Part shown: in pieces, positions 1 to 14,273 of the stretch
Layout of the letters: every line of letters begins with the position of its first letter
Position numbering within the stretch: position 1 is the first letter of the stretch
Source of the DNA: the human T2T-CHM13v2.0 reference genome, Homo sapiens
Assembly: GCF_009914755.1 (NCBI RefSeq)
Contig: NC_060930.1
Length of the DNA stretch: 64,000 nucleotides
Direction: 5' to 3' (one strand)
Made by a program: the position numbers and the translations under genes
The notes under the pieces: model-generated
Databases searched by the model: none
What the model was told of the DNA's origin: nothing
The model's input: only the letters and a program-made list of their open reading frames with translations

Positions 1-2435
1 CAAAGGTTTCCTTGTCATTTAATTTATAAATTAGGAGAGCCACTCTTTATGTATTTATTTTGCTTCTGTGTAATTTGAGTTTTGTTTTCTCAGGATTGCC
101 TCACTGAAGCAAGTCCTAAATCAAATACAGTCTTTGTCATGGAGTCAAAGTTTCACAAACAAACACGCATAGTTTGCTAGATTAAAGTCCAATAACGCTA
201 TTCTAGGCTTTACCATCAACTGAATGTGGTCCCACAGCATAGATCATGCCTGTTTCAGTCTGCCAACAGCGTGGCTCCAGGAAGGAAGCCTGACTGCTGC
301 AGAACAAGAAATGCATTATGACTTTATCTTTTTTCTAAACCATTAGCTGAAATTACTAAATTATTAACCCAGCCATATAAATGAATTATAAACATAGCAT
401 ATGTGCATTTGATTAATCTGTTTTTCATGTCAAGTGTTATACAGACCTGGGGTACAAACTCATGGGGATACTTAAGTAACACACAGATGAAGTATAAAGG
501 GTGTAAACCAAGGGAGAGGCAGGAAGTGTGGCAAAATGGTGATTGCCAAAACAGCAAAAGAAAAACAAAGAAACCAAACAATGCACACCACAGCCAGATT
601 TTTGCCCCAGCCTATAGGGCACCTCTCCATTCTCTGCACCCACCTAAAGCACATTCTAGAACGGTCATTATTACTCCCACCTTTGGTCTAGGCCCCTTCG
701 TTATCTTTCTGATTCTGGCATTCTTCGCTTATTCTAGAATTTACTAACTTTTGGCCTGCTTGGTTCTTGCTGTGATCTTGGTGGAGAACTTGCCTTGGGC
801 TAGTTCTGAGCTACAGATCCTCCACTCCTTTGCTTTGCCTTGTCTGGACCTCTGCACCACCATGCTTCAGAACCCCAAGACCCTGCTCTGACCACCACGC
901 TGCTGGGCCTGCTCCTTTTGCTAGGATGGACAGACCTCCAGGAAGGGATGGATGAGAAGGCCAGTGACACCTAGATCTGTGTCTCTGTCCTGCTGTCTCA
1001 TTTCATTATTTTCTAAGTTTTCACTCTTCTTTGCAGGGACTCACAAATTTCCTTTATAGGTTAGTATCAATGTATTATACTATTAAGGCTCTTGTCCTGG
1101 CCTCAAATCCTAAACAGCTTTTCTTTTTCTCATGTGTTTGTTTATTTATTTATTTTAGGAGGTGTACTTCATCTTTGGGACTTATTTATTAGGGGACAAG
1201 TAATATTTCCAGGTTACAGAAGAGGGCATTTCCATATTGCAACGTTAAGGGCCTTGTCCATCCTCATTTATTATGGAGCAATCAAGTAAAAAAGAATAAT
1301 AGCTCCCAAATTTGGTTTCTTATTTGCGTATGCACAATCAATATTGTACAGATCCTATAACTATATTAACCAAATGGTTGAGCATTAGTGGTTTAAGTTA
1401 ATAAAGTAAGAAGTTTAAAGACTCTTTTTTAAGAAATTAAGTTAGAGGAAGCATTAAGTGGCCTTTTGGAAGATGCAAAATATACCCCTATATTCACAAT
1501 CTATAAAACTTTTGAGACTTAACTTTTGAGACTTCAGTGTGTTGTGTTTTTAGCAATTCCACACTCTTCCCATGAAGCGTTATTATTATCAACGCTGTTG
1601 AAGGTAGCTGTGATTTTTGCCTAAAATCTCTAAGTGAAGGTTATGAATAGCATTGTCAGACTCCCTGGCAAGTTGTTTGTGCATCTCATTTCCAGATTAT
1701 TCTGTAAAAAGGAATTTACATGAATACCATTTTATCCATTAAGTAACTGTTTCTGCTTAATTTTTTTCTGGAAATATTTTAAACAATATACTCCAGTAAT
1801 GAGCTAGCCTAAGATATTCTTGTGTTATTTTGGAGCCAGTTGCTAGTGACTCATAGCACACTGGGCATCCAAGCTATGGTTAACTGGTGGTCAAGTTAGG
1901 AAATTTTGTTCCCATTAACTCTTTCTTAGCCCAGGACATCTCTCCACTCAACTTTTATTCTTTTGATTCATCACACTCATAGTCTCTGCTTGGTGTTTTC
2001 AGACCAAAAGTAGAAGCAATGACATGCCATAAGAAGTATTGTTTCTGTTGCATTTCCAGCTTAGCCAAAACAGGAAATACAGGCCATTTTGTGGGAAAGC
2101 CCAATTTTGAAATATTTCCAACCCAAAAGGTTTGGATCAACTTTGGGTGAATGTCTGAACTTTTGGCTTCTTACTCACAATAAACCTTCTAACTTCAGGA
2201 TTTTAGCACAATACTTACTTATACGATGATGTCAGCCGTATTTGGATTATGCTGACACATCAATCAGTTTACTTTTAAACCATTTTTACTTAATATGAGG
2301 ATGAACTTGTAGCCAAAAAAAGATGCATAAAATTGTGTGAATCATAAGAAAGAATGCCTAATAGTGGAAAGAGCCATGATTTTCATAGTTTCAGGACTTT
2401 ACTTATTTATTGTATAGTTTATTTAAAATGGGTCT

Positions 2436-2864
2436 TGTCTTAGTCCATTTCTGTTGCTTATTACAGAGTATCTGAAACTGGGTAATTTAAAAAGAAAAGG
2501 AATTTATTTCTTACAGTTGTGAAGGCTGACAAATCTAAGGTCAAGGGACTACATCTGGTTAGGTTCTTTGTACTGCAGAATCCTGAGATGGCACAGGGCA
2601 CCATGGCAAAGGGGCTGAGTGTGCTAGCTCAGATATCTCTTCTTCTTCTAATAAAGGCATGGTCCCACTCCCATGAGTGGGGACCATGGGACTAATAGTA
2701 GCTCATTAGTCTACTAACCCATTAATCCATTAGTCCATGAATGGATCACTCCCTTCATGAGAGCTCTGCCAATCTCTTATTAAAGGGCCCACCTTTGATA
2801 CTGCCACATTGGGAATTAGGTTTCAACATGAGTTTCAGAAGGGACAAACATTCAAACCATAGCA
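2436..2864 (-). mobile_element. MaLR solo LTR, MST family (MSTC/MSTD-like)
   Basis: Starts tgtcttagtccatttctgttgct, ends ttcaaaccatagca (reverse-strand MST termini); near-TSD ggtct/agtct. Confidence 0.85.
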
Positions 2865-4560
2865 AGTCTATTATCATAAGGCTTTACTCATTAAATGAAT
2901 GTTTGATGAAGAGATTTACTATCTAAAATAAATCCAGAAGCAGAAATTCTGGGTTAGGTAAAATAGCCTGATGACTCTTTTGGTAGGGAATATCAGGACC
3001 TGCCAAAAAATGAATTTAAATTACATTGCATCCTAAAAATTATTCAGCTGACTTTTCGTAATCCTGGGAGACAGAGGGAATTTAAACTTAGAACTTCATG
3101 TAGACTATGTGTATTTTATAGATTCATCAAGGTAAAAATCTAATTGACTGCATTAGCCAGAGAAGCCAGATAAGGTAACATTAATTGTACTCCAGGCAAG
3201 TAGAGTAGCCTTGGGCAATTTGTTGTGTTATTTTCCAACATCAGTGAGGAACTTAATCTTTTTGTTCTCTCCCGTATTTTGTGACTATGTAGATTGGCCA
3301 TAGTGAACTGAATGGATTACACTATTTCATTTGTTCTCTTGGGATAGCTATCTAATGTGATCCTACACACCATTTATGGTTATCAAACATGATACGTGGT
3401 GAAGTAACTATGATTCCAGATAGAGTTGTTAAATAAATTGAGTTTACTTGCCTTCATAAGCTATGACTTGTTACACTTTTTTTAATCTTTGATTTTTGTA
3501 TTAAAAGCAAGTTATCTGAAAGAAGGAAGATGAAAAAAAGTAATATCAAGGAGTATAAAATATAGAGATAAAGGAAGTATATTAAGAGGAATCAGAGCCT
3601 TTAAGCTTTAACCCTTATTGGAAAAGATATTTAACTCAATATTTGTTGAAGTTCTGAAATGACTGAATAGTTCTTTTTATTCCATGTCTTCTTGCTTCCA
3701 TTTAGCTGGAATGTACTGGGCAGGATTAGAAATGGCTGTTCTTTCAGTTTTTTATGGTTTAAACTAAAAGCAAAGTGCCAGAATTCTTAAAAGTAATCTC
3801 TCTTTGTGAGATTCCAAGCCCCTGTGCAGACTCTGAAAGTGAAGACAACACCTAGGTTTCTTTTTTAAGAGTTTATGAAACTGTATATAACATGTTAACT
3901 TTTAAAATTAACTTTCCATTCCAAGTCAACCCCCCCACCCCAAAAACTTTCTCCAAAGCAAGAAAAACAAAGTAACAGACAGCTAATACCTGTTAAAATG
4001 CTGCACAAGCCAAACATTTTTCTATTGTGTCTGAATCACATGATATCCATTTTCCTCCTTAATTCTTGGAATAATATCACTCACAATTTAAGATCTTACA
4101 TTTCAGATTTTTTAGCTCGAGCTGAATAATACTTGATGAGTTAGGAAGTCCTAACAGTGAATTTATAAAGAAAATGTTGACAGAGCTTGGATTCTCACAG
4201 TACTGGTGGGTACCATGATTATAATAATGATTTCCTTTAAAACTCTTCCATTAAATGTTCCAAACAGTGGAATTTGTAGTTTTTCCTTTGGTCCTAAGAT
4301 CAAAAACATGAACAATTTTACAATTCTAAGGTTGGATAGCATGTATGTTTCCACAATTTCTGTGGGAAAGCAATCCACCCTTTCTCAGTTTTATTGAAAA
4401 CCACCATCTTGGCTCTAAATATGTGCCATTACAAGCACTTTCATTATGTCTAGTATCTCCTTTTAGGAAGTAGGAGTCTGTCTACTGCCTTTTTTCTCTT
4501 ACTGGTTTTCAAAGACTACACACAGTAAATGAAAAGTAGTTTTAAAAAACTCAAGATAGG

Positions 4561-5100
<540 letters not shown>

Positions 5101-5129
5101 AATTTCGACAATTAGTGCCACCATCTGAT

Positions 5130-5225
5130 GTTTTATTTATTATTTTACAGGTAGGGTGTGTCTAGCTCTGTTCCCCAGGCTGGACTGGAACTCCTGGGTT
5201 TAAGGGATCCTCTTGCTTTAGCCTG
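5130..5225 (-). mobile_element. Alu monomer fragment (FLAM-like)
   Basis: cccaggctggactggaactcctgggtttaagggatcctcttgctttagcc. Confidence 0.65.
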
Positions 5226-6493
5226 GATGTTTTATTTATTTTTGTCAGGCAATTTGGAAATATATTCTAGTAGCAATTATTATCTAAGATAATTTTATCT
5301 TGCAACAATCATGTTTTAGTGTTTCTATTTTAAAATAAAATTAAAGCTGATTTATTCACTGGACAAATCTATTACGTGACTATTATGTGCCAGTTGACTA
5401 ACACAGCTTCTTCCCCCAAGAAGCTCATAGCTTAGTTGCTCTTTTTTATGCTTTGAGAATCATCCTGATAGAAAAAAAGAAGTCATTTTAAAGGTTAGCA
5501 GAATGTGCACAAATTTTTGCTCTATTTTAGAATATGATTTAAGAATGCAAAATACCATTATTTCTACTTGTCATGTGGATTATAAAGTTCAAGTTGCAGA
5601 GAAAGGTTCATTATGATTTAAATAACCCAGGACCTTAATACAGGTGGATAATGTCCTATGTTAATAACCAACTGTTATATTACTTTAGGAAGTAACTTTT
5701 TTCATAGATAATCTCTGTTCCTTCCACTATGTCTACCAAAGTAAAGCCTAAAAGGAATTCTTGTCTGTTATTTAAATATCTACATTTTGAGAGAGGCTTT
5801 TATTTTCTTCTCAAAAAGAAAATAACATTTTTATGTAGCAAAGAACAATGTCTTTTAGGATTTGGTGTTATTTAGGTATTTTTTTCTTAAAATAAGGTAA
5901 ATCGAGGCTTTAAAAAGAATGACCTTATTAGCTAGGTCCTATCTTAGCCATTTTTTATTTGATATTTTACTTATTTATTCAGAGGCTAATTCCACTATCG
6001 ACTTATAATTTAAAAGGAAACAGGCAAAAAAAAAAAAAAAAAAAAGAGGTGGTACAATACAACTAGGAGGATAGAATTAAATTCTTAGTAAGATGTGTCT
6101 AAGAGTAGAAATTCAAGAGAAAGGGGAAAATAATACAAATATGCAAATTGCAAGTCTCCATAGTTATTATTGCCCTGCCTTAAATTTTGCAAAATTTACT
6201 GGGCAAAATTTAAATGAACAAAATTTGAACCAGTCTGATTCTTAGGGAGAATGATTATAATTCTGGGGTGTTTTTAATGAAATAATGCAATAATCATTTT
6301 TGAAACACCTATTAAATTATTCATCACCCTGTATATGTCAACTATTTATGTTGTAACATCTCTGTTGTGACTTCTCAACTCTCTGATTTGGCTTGTCAAT
6401 TTAACAAAAAATATTTTTGTGTGTCTTTTATATTCAAGGCAGAGTGGATTCTTTCTATTTCACCAAATATTAATTATGATGTTTACTGTAAGG

Positions 6494-6690
6494 TTTTTTT
6501 TTTTTTTTTGGTTTGTTTGTTTTTTGTCTTTTGGTTTATTTTTAGAGATGTGGTCTTGCTCTATCTCCCAAACTGGAATGCAGTGGCATGAACATAGCTC
6601 ACGGCAACCTTGAGCTCCTTGGCTCAAGAGACCCTCATGCTTCAGCCTCCTAAGTAGCTGGGATTACAGGTGCAAGCCACTGTACTCAGC
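6494..6690 (-). mobile_element. Old Alu monomer (FRAM/FAM/AluJ right arm)
   Basis: T-rich tail then gagatgtggtcttgctct...gggattacaggtgcaagccac. Confidence 0.85.
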
Positions 6691-7012
6691 TCACTGCAGA
6701 TTTAAAAAAAAATATATTTTATCAGATTAAGGAATTTACCTTGTATTCCCAATTGAATATTTTTCTATCATGAGGGGATGCAGGGAGACTAGTGAGGAGG
6801 CTGAAGCTGTGGTACAGATGAGAGATGAAGCTGATTTGGGCAAGAGGGGTTTCAGGGGAAATGGAAATCAATTGGAGATATACTATGGAGCTATTAAAAG
6901 AACTGACAGGGCTTGCTGATGGATTACATCTGGGGAATAAGGAAAAGGCTAGTTTCTAAGTATTTTTCAAAACTTAATTTTTTGCTATTTGTAAACTTTA
7001 ATGGTAACGTCT

Positions 7013-8060
7013 TTTTACTTTTATTTTCATTTTTTTATTATACTTTAAGTTCTAGGGTACATGTGAACAATGTGCAGGTTTGTTACATAGGTATACATGT
7101 GCCATGTTGGTTTGCTGCACCCATTAACTCATCATTTACATTAGGTATTTATCCTAATGCTATCCCTCCCCCAGCCCCCCATCCCATGACAGGCCCTGGT
7201 GTGTGATGTTCCCCACTCTGTGTCCAAGTGTTCTCATTGTTCAATTCCCACCTATGAGTGAGAACATGCAGTGTGTGGTTTTCTGTCCTTGTGATAGTTT
7301 GCTGAGAATGATGGTTTCCAGCTTCATCCATGTCCCCACAAAGGACATGAATTCATCCTTTTTTATGGCTGCATAGTATTCCATGGTGTATATGTGCCAC
7401 ATTTTCCTAATCCAGTCTATCATTGATGGGCATTTGGGTTGGTTCGAAGTCTTTGCTATTGTGAATAGTGCCACAATAAACATACGTGTGCATATGTCTT
7501 TATAGTAGCATGATTTATAATCCTTTGGGTATATATCCAGTAATGGGATTGGTGGGTCAAATGGTATTTCTATTTCTAGATCCTTGAGGAATCGCCACAC
7601 GGTCTTCCACAATGGTTGAACTAATTTACACTCCCACCAACAGTGTAAAAGCGTTCCTGTTTCTCCACATCCTCTCCAGCATCTGTTGTTTCCTGACTTT
7701 CTAATGATTGCCATTCTAACTGGTGTGAGATGGTATCTCATTGTGGTTTTGATTTGCATTTCTCTGATGACCAGTGATGATGAACATTTTTTTCATGTGT
7801 CTGTTGGCTGCATAAATGTCTTCTTTTGAGAAGTGTCTGTTCATATCCTTTGCCCACTTTTTGATGGGGTTGTTTGCTTTTTTCTTGTAAATTTGTTTAA
7901 GTTCTTTGTAAATTCTGGTTATTAGCCCTTGGTTAGATGGGTAGATTGCAAATTTTTTCTCCCATTCTGTAAGTTGCCTGTTCTCTCTGATGGTAGTTTC
8001 CTTTGCCATGCAGAAGCTCTTTAGTTTAATTAGATCCCACTTGTCTATTTTGGCTTTTGT
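7013..8060 (-). mobile_element. 5'-truncated L1PA (approx. L1PA7-like): 3'UTR plus ORF2 C-terminus
   Basis: L1PA 3' end tatactttaagttctagggtacatgtg; ORF track gives ORF2p C-terminus; degenerate TSD ttaatggtaacgtctt (~6998) / ttaatggcaacatctt (~8060). Confidence 0.95.
7241..8060 (-). pseudogene. L1 ORF2p C-terminal remnant, frameshifted
   Basis: [16 protein letters not shown]...; [19 protein letters not shown]...[10 protein letters not shown] in two overlapping frames. Confidence 0.9.
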
Positions 8061-8499
8061 TAATGGCAACATCTTAACTGCGTGTTTCCAATTCTTTTTA
8101 GGTCAACCTTCATAAATTAAAAGATTAATATCTACTGGGATAAGGTATTTTGTTTTCTGTCTTTTTATTAAAAGAAAAAAACAGGAAAGGTTTTTTACAG
8201 AACAATAATTCCAGCTTGGTATTTGTCTTTGAAGATCTTGTATATGTCCTTCAACCTAAGGGAAACACCTGCCTTTCTGGCTTTCCCAGTTTACGAAAAC
8301 AATATCCAGAAGAGGAGATATAATAATAGAATTTTTTGTTGTTATTAGAATAGAGAGTTGAAAAAAATAGCAACACTTCTCTAGTCTAGGCTTGCCTCAT
8401 TATTCACGTGAATTTCTGTGGAATTTTCCGACCTGAAGAAAAGCAAATGATTTTTATGTAAACTTACTTGAAATAAATTTAACCTATATTATTGATTCC

Positions 8500-8625
8500 T
8501 TAATTTAATGTGCACATGAGTCAGCTGAGGGTTTTTTGGAATAAAGATTCTGGCTCCATAAATCTGAGTGGGCCCAGGCTTCTGCATTTTTACCAAGCTT
8601 CCAGCTCGTATGCAGACCACACTTA
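8500..8625. mobile_element. MER5A-like hAT-Charlie MITE fragment
   Basis: gattctggctccataaatctgagtgggcccaggcttctgcatttttaccaagcttcca...gaccacactt. Confidence 0.6.
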
Positions 8626-8680
8626 AATAGGAGGCATCTCAGCTGTACTCCACATAAGCATCGTACCGGCTCTTAATCAC

Positions 8681-9014
<334 letters not shown>

Positions 9015-10048
9015 TCTTAATCCCTTTATACTTTTATTTTTTAATGTTCCAGTATCATCAGATTGGCAAAACTGACATGTTAGAACTTAAATATACTTGA
9101 TAAGTAGAAGAAAAAAATAAGGAAATTTTTTTGTCCCCTGGAAATCTTTATGGATTTACAATTTACTCTCTGTCCTTGGTCTAGGAAAGCCTGCCTCACA
9201 CATTGTTGTCTGGTATGTTCTTTACCTTAATGACTAAGAATTTAATTATATTCCAAATTGGGACTATTTTCCTAAATATTCCCAGGTACTCTCAAGATGA
9301 ACTCTATAACATCACTAGCAAAAGGCTCAGTGGTTTTTTGGGGAAATCTACAATATGATCCCAAATAGCTTTTGTTCAACATCTGATGTTCAGAAGTCCA
9401 TAGAATTTTAGAATATCTTTTATATCTAGCATTAACTATACATTATTTCCTTCTGAAATAGTTGTTTATATTGAAAGAACTCATACTTTGAAAAGAAAAA
9501 GCACATTTCAGTTTAGACAAAATATTGGGGAAGGAGATTTAAAACTTATGTGAGAATATTTTAATATTTTGTTTCAATGACAACAGTTACTTGGTGTACA
9601 GTACCATCAAACTAGCTTGTAAAGCAAAAGGAAGGTCTATTTAAATAATAGCTAGAAAACTAAGTTATAAGTGCAAAGATATCTGTACATAAAATTGAGG
9701 TCAGAATTATTTCATCAAAAATATGTTTTATACAAATTATCAGCTTATGAATGCTAAGAACATCATTTTTAACACAAGTATGACTTTTGAAGGCCTTATT
9801 GCTCCAAAATATACTAATTCTAAAATATATTTGATTGCTTAATTACTTAAATGTTATACTAGTTAGGATTTACAAAAAATATGTTTAGCTGCATTAAACT
9901 TCCACAGAAAACATGGCAGCAAGATATCATTTCTGCTACTAGACTATTATCTATCTTTTTCTAAGCTCCCCACATTTTCTGCCTCTCTTACATTTTAATG
10001 TATTATTTTATACATACAAAAGACTATAAGTAAACATTAATAGTTTAT

Positions 10049-10051
<3 letters not shown>

Positions 10052-10085
<34 letters not shown>
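10052..10085. repeat. (TA)n microsatellite abutting Alu tail
   Basis: Direct reading. Confidence 0.95.
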
Positions 10086-10341
<256 letters not shown>

Positions 10342-10386
10342 AGTGCATTTGCAAGTCTATCGCCTCCTTAAGAATTAGAAAAATAT

Positions 10387-10682
10387 GGCTGGGCACGGTG
10401 GCTCACACCTGTAATCCCAGCACTTTGGGAGGCTGAGATGGGCAGATCACCTGAGGCCAGGAGCTCGAGACCAGCCTGGCCAACATAGTGAAACCCTGAC
10501 TCTACCAAAAATACAAAAATTAGCTGGGTGTGGTGGTGGGTGCCTGTAATGCCAGCTACTCGGGAGGCTGAGGCAGGAGAATAACTTGAACCCGGGGAGC
10601 GGAGGTTGCAGTGAGCTAGATTATGCCACTGCACTCCAGCCTGGGTGACAAGAGCAAAACTCCATCTCAAAAAAAAAAAAAA
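10387..10682 (+). mobile_element. Alu (AluSq/Sx-like)
   Basis: Full dimer; TSD aagaattagaaaaata. Confidence 0.95.
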
Positions 10683-10739
10683 GAATTAGAAAAATACTAA
10701 TATCTTTTTATTCTTACTTATCTATCTATCCCTTGTTTC

Positions 10740-11400
10740 CTCTAGATGTAACCTCTATGCTGAATTTTCATTGATCATTACCTTTAGAAAATAGTTTTAT
10801 CACATAGCCATATGAATGTAAATAATACAGTATTTAGTTTTTTATCCTGATATTGTTTTTAAGGTAATACATATTAATGTCTGTAATTGTAAGTCACTCA
10901 TCTTCATTGCTGTATAATATTAACTTTTGTGAAAATGTCAAATTTTTTTTCCATTATTTTATAAATTGATATTTTGTTTTCCAGATTTTTTTGTTATCTT
11001 AAAATCTGCCTCCCTGAAAATTCTAGGACATTTCTCCTGATGCACAAATAAGGAGGTTTTCTAGGTTGTATATATTCTGTGATATAATTGCTGGGTCACA
11101 ATGTATGCAAATGATCAACTTTGTAAGATAACATTGTTATTTTTCTATGTACAGTTTTATATTACCACAAGCAGTGCACAAGAATTCCAATGGATTTTAA
11201 ATATTGATTTTGTTTGTTGTCTTAATTTTGTCAAAATGGGTATGAATTATTGTTATAATAATTAAAGTTACTTGGCTATTACCAAGTTGATCATCTTTTT
11301 ATATATTTATTTGCCATTTCTCTTTTCCCCCATGAAATATTTGTTCATTCTTTTGTGCATTTTTCTATTGGATTTTTTCTTAATATATTTTATTTTCATT
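10740..11400 (-). mobile_element. Old L1M (L1ME-like) fragment
   Basis: Degenerate antisense L1 motifs: aattgctgggtca, ccacaagcagtgcacaagaattcca, tttatttgccattt. Confidence 0.6.
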
Positions 11401-11619
11401 TCAGGACCTTATTATTTATAAATTGTTTTCTAATTACTTTCTAAACAGCAAATATATATAATCAATATGGGTTCCCCCTCTAGTAGTAGAAGAATAACCC
11501 CTATCAGCCCAACCATCCCAGTGTTAACAATTGTACACACACACAAACAATATACACATTATTATACACATAGTGTGTATGTATCTCAGTGTGTGTATGT
11601 AAATTTATATATATATATA

Positions 11620-12588
11620 AAACAACTCTCTGAAGCTACTGAAGGAAAACAAAAGCAAGCATGAACTGGACAAGAATTGATATTTGGAAGAAGAAAACCC
11701 TACTAGGTGAGTTTCATCTATTTAGTGCTTCTGACCTGAGGGCAGGCTCCAGCCAGCACTGTACTCAGGGCTACCATAGTGACTGGATAATGAGAGTAAA
11801 TATCTCAGAAAGGAGAAGAACGCAGAGGAAGAGCCAAAAATTCTGCATGTTAACTCTGTCCAGATAACTGGTTGACCTCTGAAATATGCAATGTGTGGTA
11901 GGTAGTACCCACCTAAGGTTAAGGGAATTGAACAGAGATTTCAGCTGCTGGCTACCAAAGAGAAACCGAGTTTGGAGTTCACATATTCCAAGTTTTTTCC
12001 CTGCTAAAACAAACAAGCAAAACATCAATATTCTTCAGTGAAATAGAACATATTCTCTACAGGATTCAGGGTGCAAAACAAAATTACTAAATATATGAAG
12101 AAAGCAGGCAAGTGATAGCCATATTTAAGAGAAAAGTTAATCAATAGAGACTCTGAGAAATTGGAATTAACAGGTAAGATTCTAAAGCAGCTGTTATAAC
12201 TATATAAAAATATAAAGAGCAATATGATCACAATAAATCGGTAGAGGGACTCTCAACATAGAAACAGAAGCTCTAACCAAATGGAAATTATAGAATGGAA
12301 AAATATAATATCTGAAAGGAAGAAAATCACTGCTTGGGCTTAAGAGCAGATTGAAGATGGCAGAGAACAGCTCTCGTAAACTTGAAGGCAGATAATAGCA
12401 ATTCCTTATTCTAAATAATAAAGAGAAAAGGGAATTAAAACAAAAATGAACAGAAACTCTGTTACTTGTTGGACAATATCAGAAGATCTAACATGGATAT
12501 AAGTGGAGTGTGAAGAGGAAATGAGAAAGAAAATGAGGCAGAAAAAGGTAATAATGACCTAAAAGTCCCCAAATTTGGTGACAGACAT
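11620..12588 (+). mobile_element. Old L1M 5' region/ORF1 remnant
   Basis: A-rich ORF1-like text: gggcttaagagcagattgaagatggcagagaa...aacttgaaggcagata...aatatcagaagatctaacat...ccaaatttggtgacagacat. Confidence 0.7.
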
Positions 12589-12925
12589 ATTTGGTCTGTT
12601 ACCAAATAAGGTTACCAGATTCTGTCAGTTCCATTGCAGAAATATCTCTGAATCCAGCCTCTCTTTTCCACCCTCCTACTGACATTTATTTGGACTATTG
12701 TAACAATGTCCTATCTGGCAAAGTGGAGGCCTACTTCTTCCTGTTTTAGTCTTTCTTCCACATCATCACGAGAAAGAGTTATCTTTCTAAAATCAATCTT
12801 TTTGAAAACCAAAGCTGATCATGACTTTATAAATAAAGTTATAAATAAAATCTTAAACTCCTTGGCATGGCTTCCAGAATATCACCCAATCTATACCTGC
12901 TGCCTCAGTTCCTAATCTACTTCCT

Positions 12926-13243
12926 ATTGTACTAGGGATGTAGAAGCAAATCAAACAGAGGCCCAATCTTCCTGGAGTTTAGAAATTAGTAAGACAAACA
13001 ATCTTGAAGTAAATAATTTTTATAACTTACTAAACAAATAATTCATTATAATTTATTTACCTAACGTAATAAACAAAAAAAAATTACAATTTTGATAAAT
13101 TTCGTCGGCTTTCACTAGTTCTTATCCTGGGTCAATGTGAACATAAACGTGTCCTGAGAATAGAGTTAAACTTGGTACCTGTAATACTCTCACTCATATG
13201 TCTAACATGTTGAGATTCTAAGTGATTCTGAGCTGACAACTCA
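12926..13243 (+). repeat. Local triplicated unit, copy A
   Basis: Aligns by eye to 15300-15611 (+) and 13919-14192 (-). Confidence 0.95.
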
Positions 13244-13311
13244 GTAAACCAAAGTAACACCTGCTTCTCACCCTGCACCTCTCACCGTTCCCTGGCAGAA
13301 AGAGTCCTTTC

Positions 13312-13609
13312 TTTTTTTTTTTTTTTGAGACAGAGTCTCACTCTGACTCCCGGGCTGAAGTGCAGTGGCACACTCTAAGCTTACTGCAACCTCTGCCTCT
13401 CGGGTTTAAGAGATTCTCCTGCCTCAGCCTCCCAATAGCTGGGATTATACGTGTGTGCCACCATGCCTGGCTATGTTTTTTGTATTTTTAGTAGAGATGG
13501 GATTTCACCATGTTGGCCAGGGTAGTTTTGAACTCCTGACCTCAAGTGATCTGCCTACCTTGGCCTTCCAAAGTGCTAGGATTACAGGCATGAGCCACTG
13601 TGCTGGGCC
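13312..13609 (-). mobile_element. Alu (AluSx-like)
   Basis: Full dimer; TSD gagtcctttc 13302-13311 / 13610-13619. Confidence 0.95.
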
Positions 13610-13918
13610 GAGTCCTTTCATACCTCCATGCCATGCATGGGGATGCCTTAGGGCCCCAGCAGCCTTTCCCTTGTCTCCTGGTAGATTCCTATCACATCTG
13701 CAATAAAGCTCTCCTCAGTCACTCAGTCAGAATGAATGGTCCATCGTCTCTGTTTTCTTGGCACATTATAAACATTGCTGTTAGACTGTACACCTTGGGA
13801 GAGAGAGATTACATTATAGGCTGTCTAGTGCAGAGCCTGTTCCTCTTTATATCTCTAAAAATGGAGATGGTACCTGGCAAAAAGTGGATGCCAAGTCAGT
13901 GTCAAATAAAGACAGTCT

Positions 13919-14192
13919 TGAGTTGTATAACGGAATCTCAACATGTTAGACACATGAGTGAGAGTGTTACGGATACCAAGTTGAACTCTATTAGGACATG
14001 TTTATGTTCACATTGACCCAGGATAAGAACTAGTGACAGCTGATGGAATTTATCAAAATTGTAATTTTTTTTGTTTATCACCTTAGGTAAATAAATTATA
14101 ATGAATTCTTTGTTTAGTAAGTTGTAAAAATTATTTACTTCAAGTCTGTTTACCTTACTAATTTCTAAACTCCATGAAGATTGGGCCTCTGT
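13919..14192 (-). repeat. Local triplicated unit, copy B (inverted)
   Basis: Reverse complement matches copies A and C, e.g. gtttatgttcacattgacccaggataagaactagtga. Confidence 0.95.
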
Positions 14193-14195
14193 ACA

Positions 14196-14273
14196 TATTA
14201 GGTTGGACCATAGGAAACTGCTGATATATAGTTTGTGACCTACAAAAGTAGCAAATTCTCATGGTTCAACATA
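14196..14273. mobile_element. MADE2-like mariner MITE
   Basis: tattaggttggaccataggaaactgc...gacctacaaaagtagcaaattctcatggttcaac, ~80 bp with inverted termini. Confidence 0.7.

Larger units (their letters stand above)
12615..13910 (+). mobile_element. L2 (3' part), interrupted by duplicated unit copy A and an Alu
   Basis: aatatctctgaatccagcct...ggactattgtaaca...; after the Alu tttcatacctccatg...ttagactgta...gtacctggca...aataaa. Confidence 0.6.

Noticed and set aside
590-970. Possible ancient LTR-like segments (also ~16750-17170, ~25790-26020, ~58710-58900, ~63110-63640)
   Set aside because: Compositionally suggestive only; I cannot assign a family without a Dfam search
1507-1534. 14-bp tandem duplication aacttttgagactt x2 (also similar micro-duplications at ~22387, ~48177, ~53936)
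   Set aside because: Ordinary slippage or NHEJ micro-duplications
6027-6045. Orphan poly-A tract
   Set aside because: No upstream retrocopy body or TSD identifiable
7241-8072. 172-aa and 118-aa ORFs
   Set aside because: L1 ORF2p C-terminal remnants in a 5'-truncated copy; not host genes
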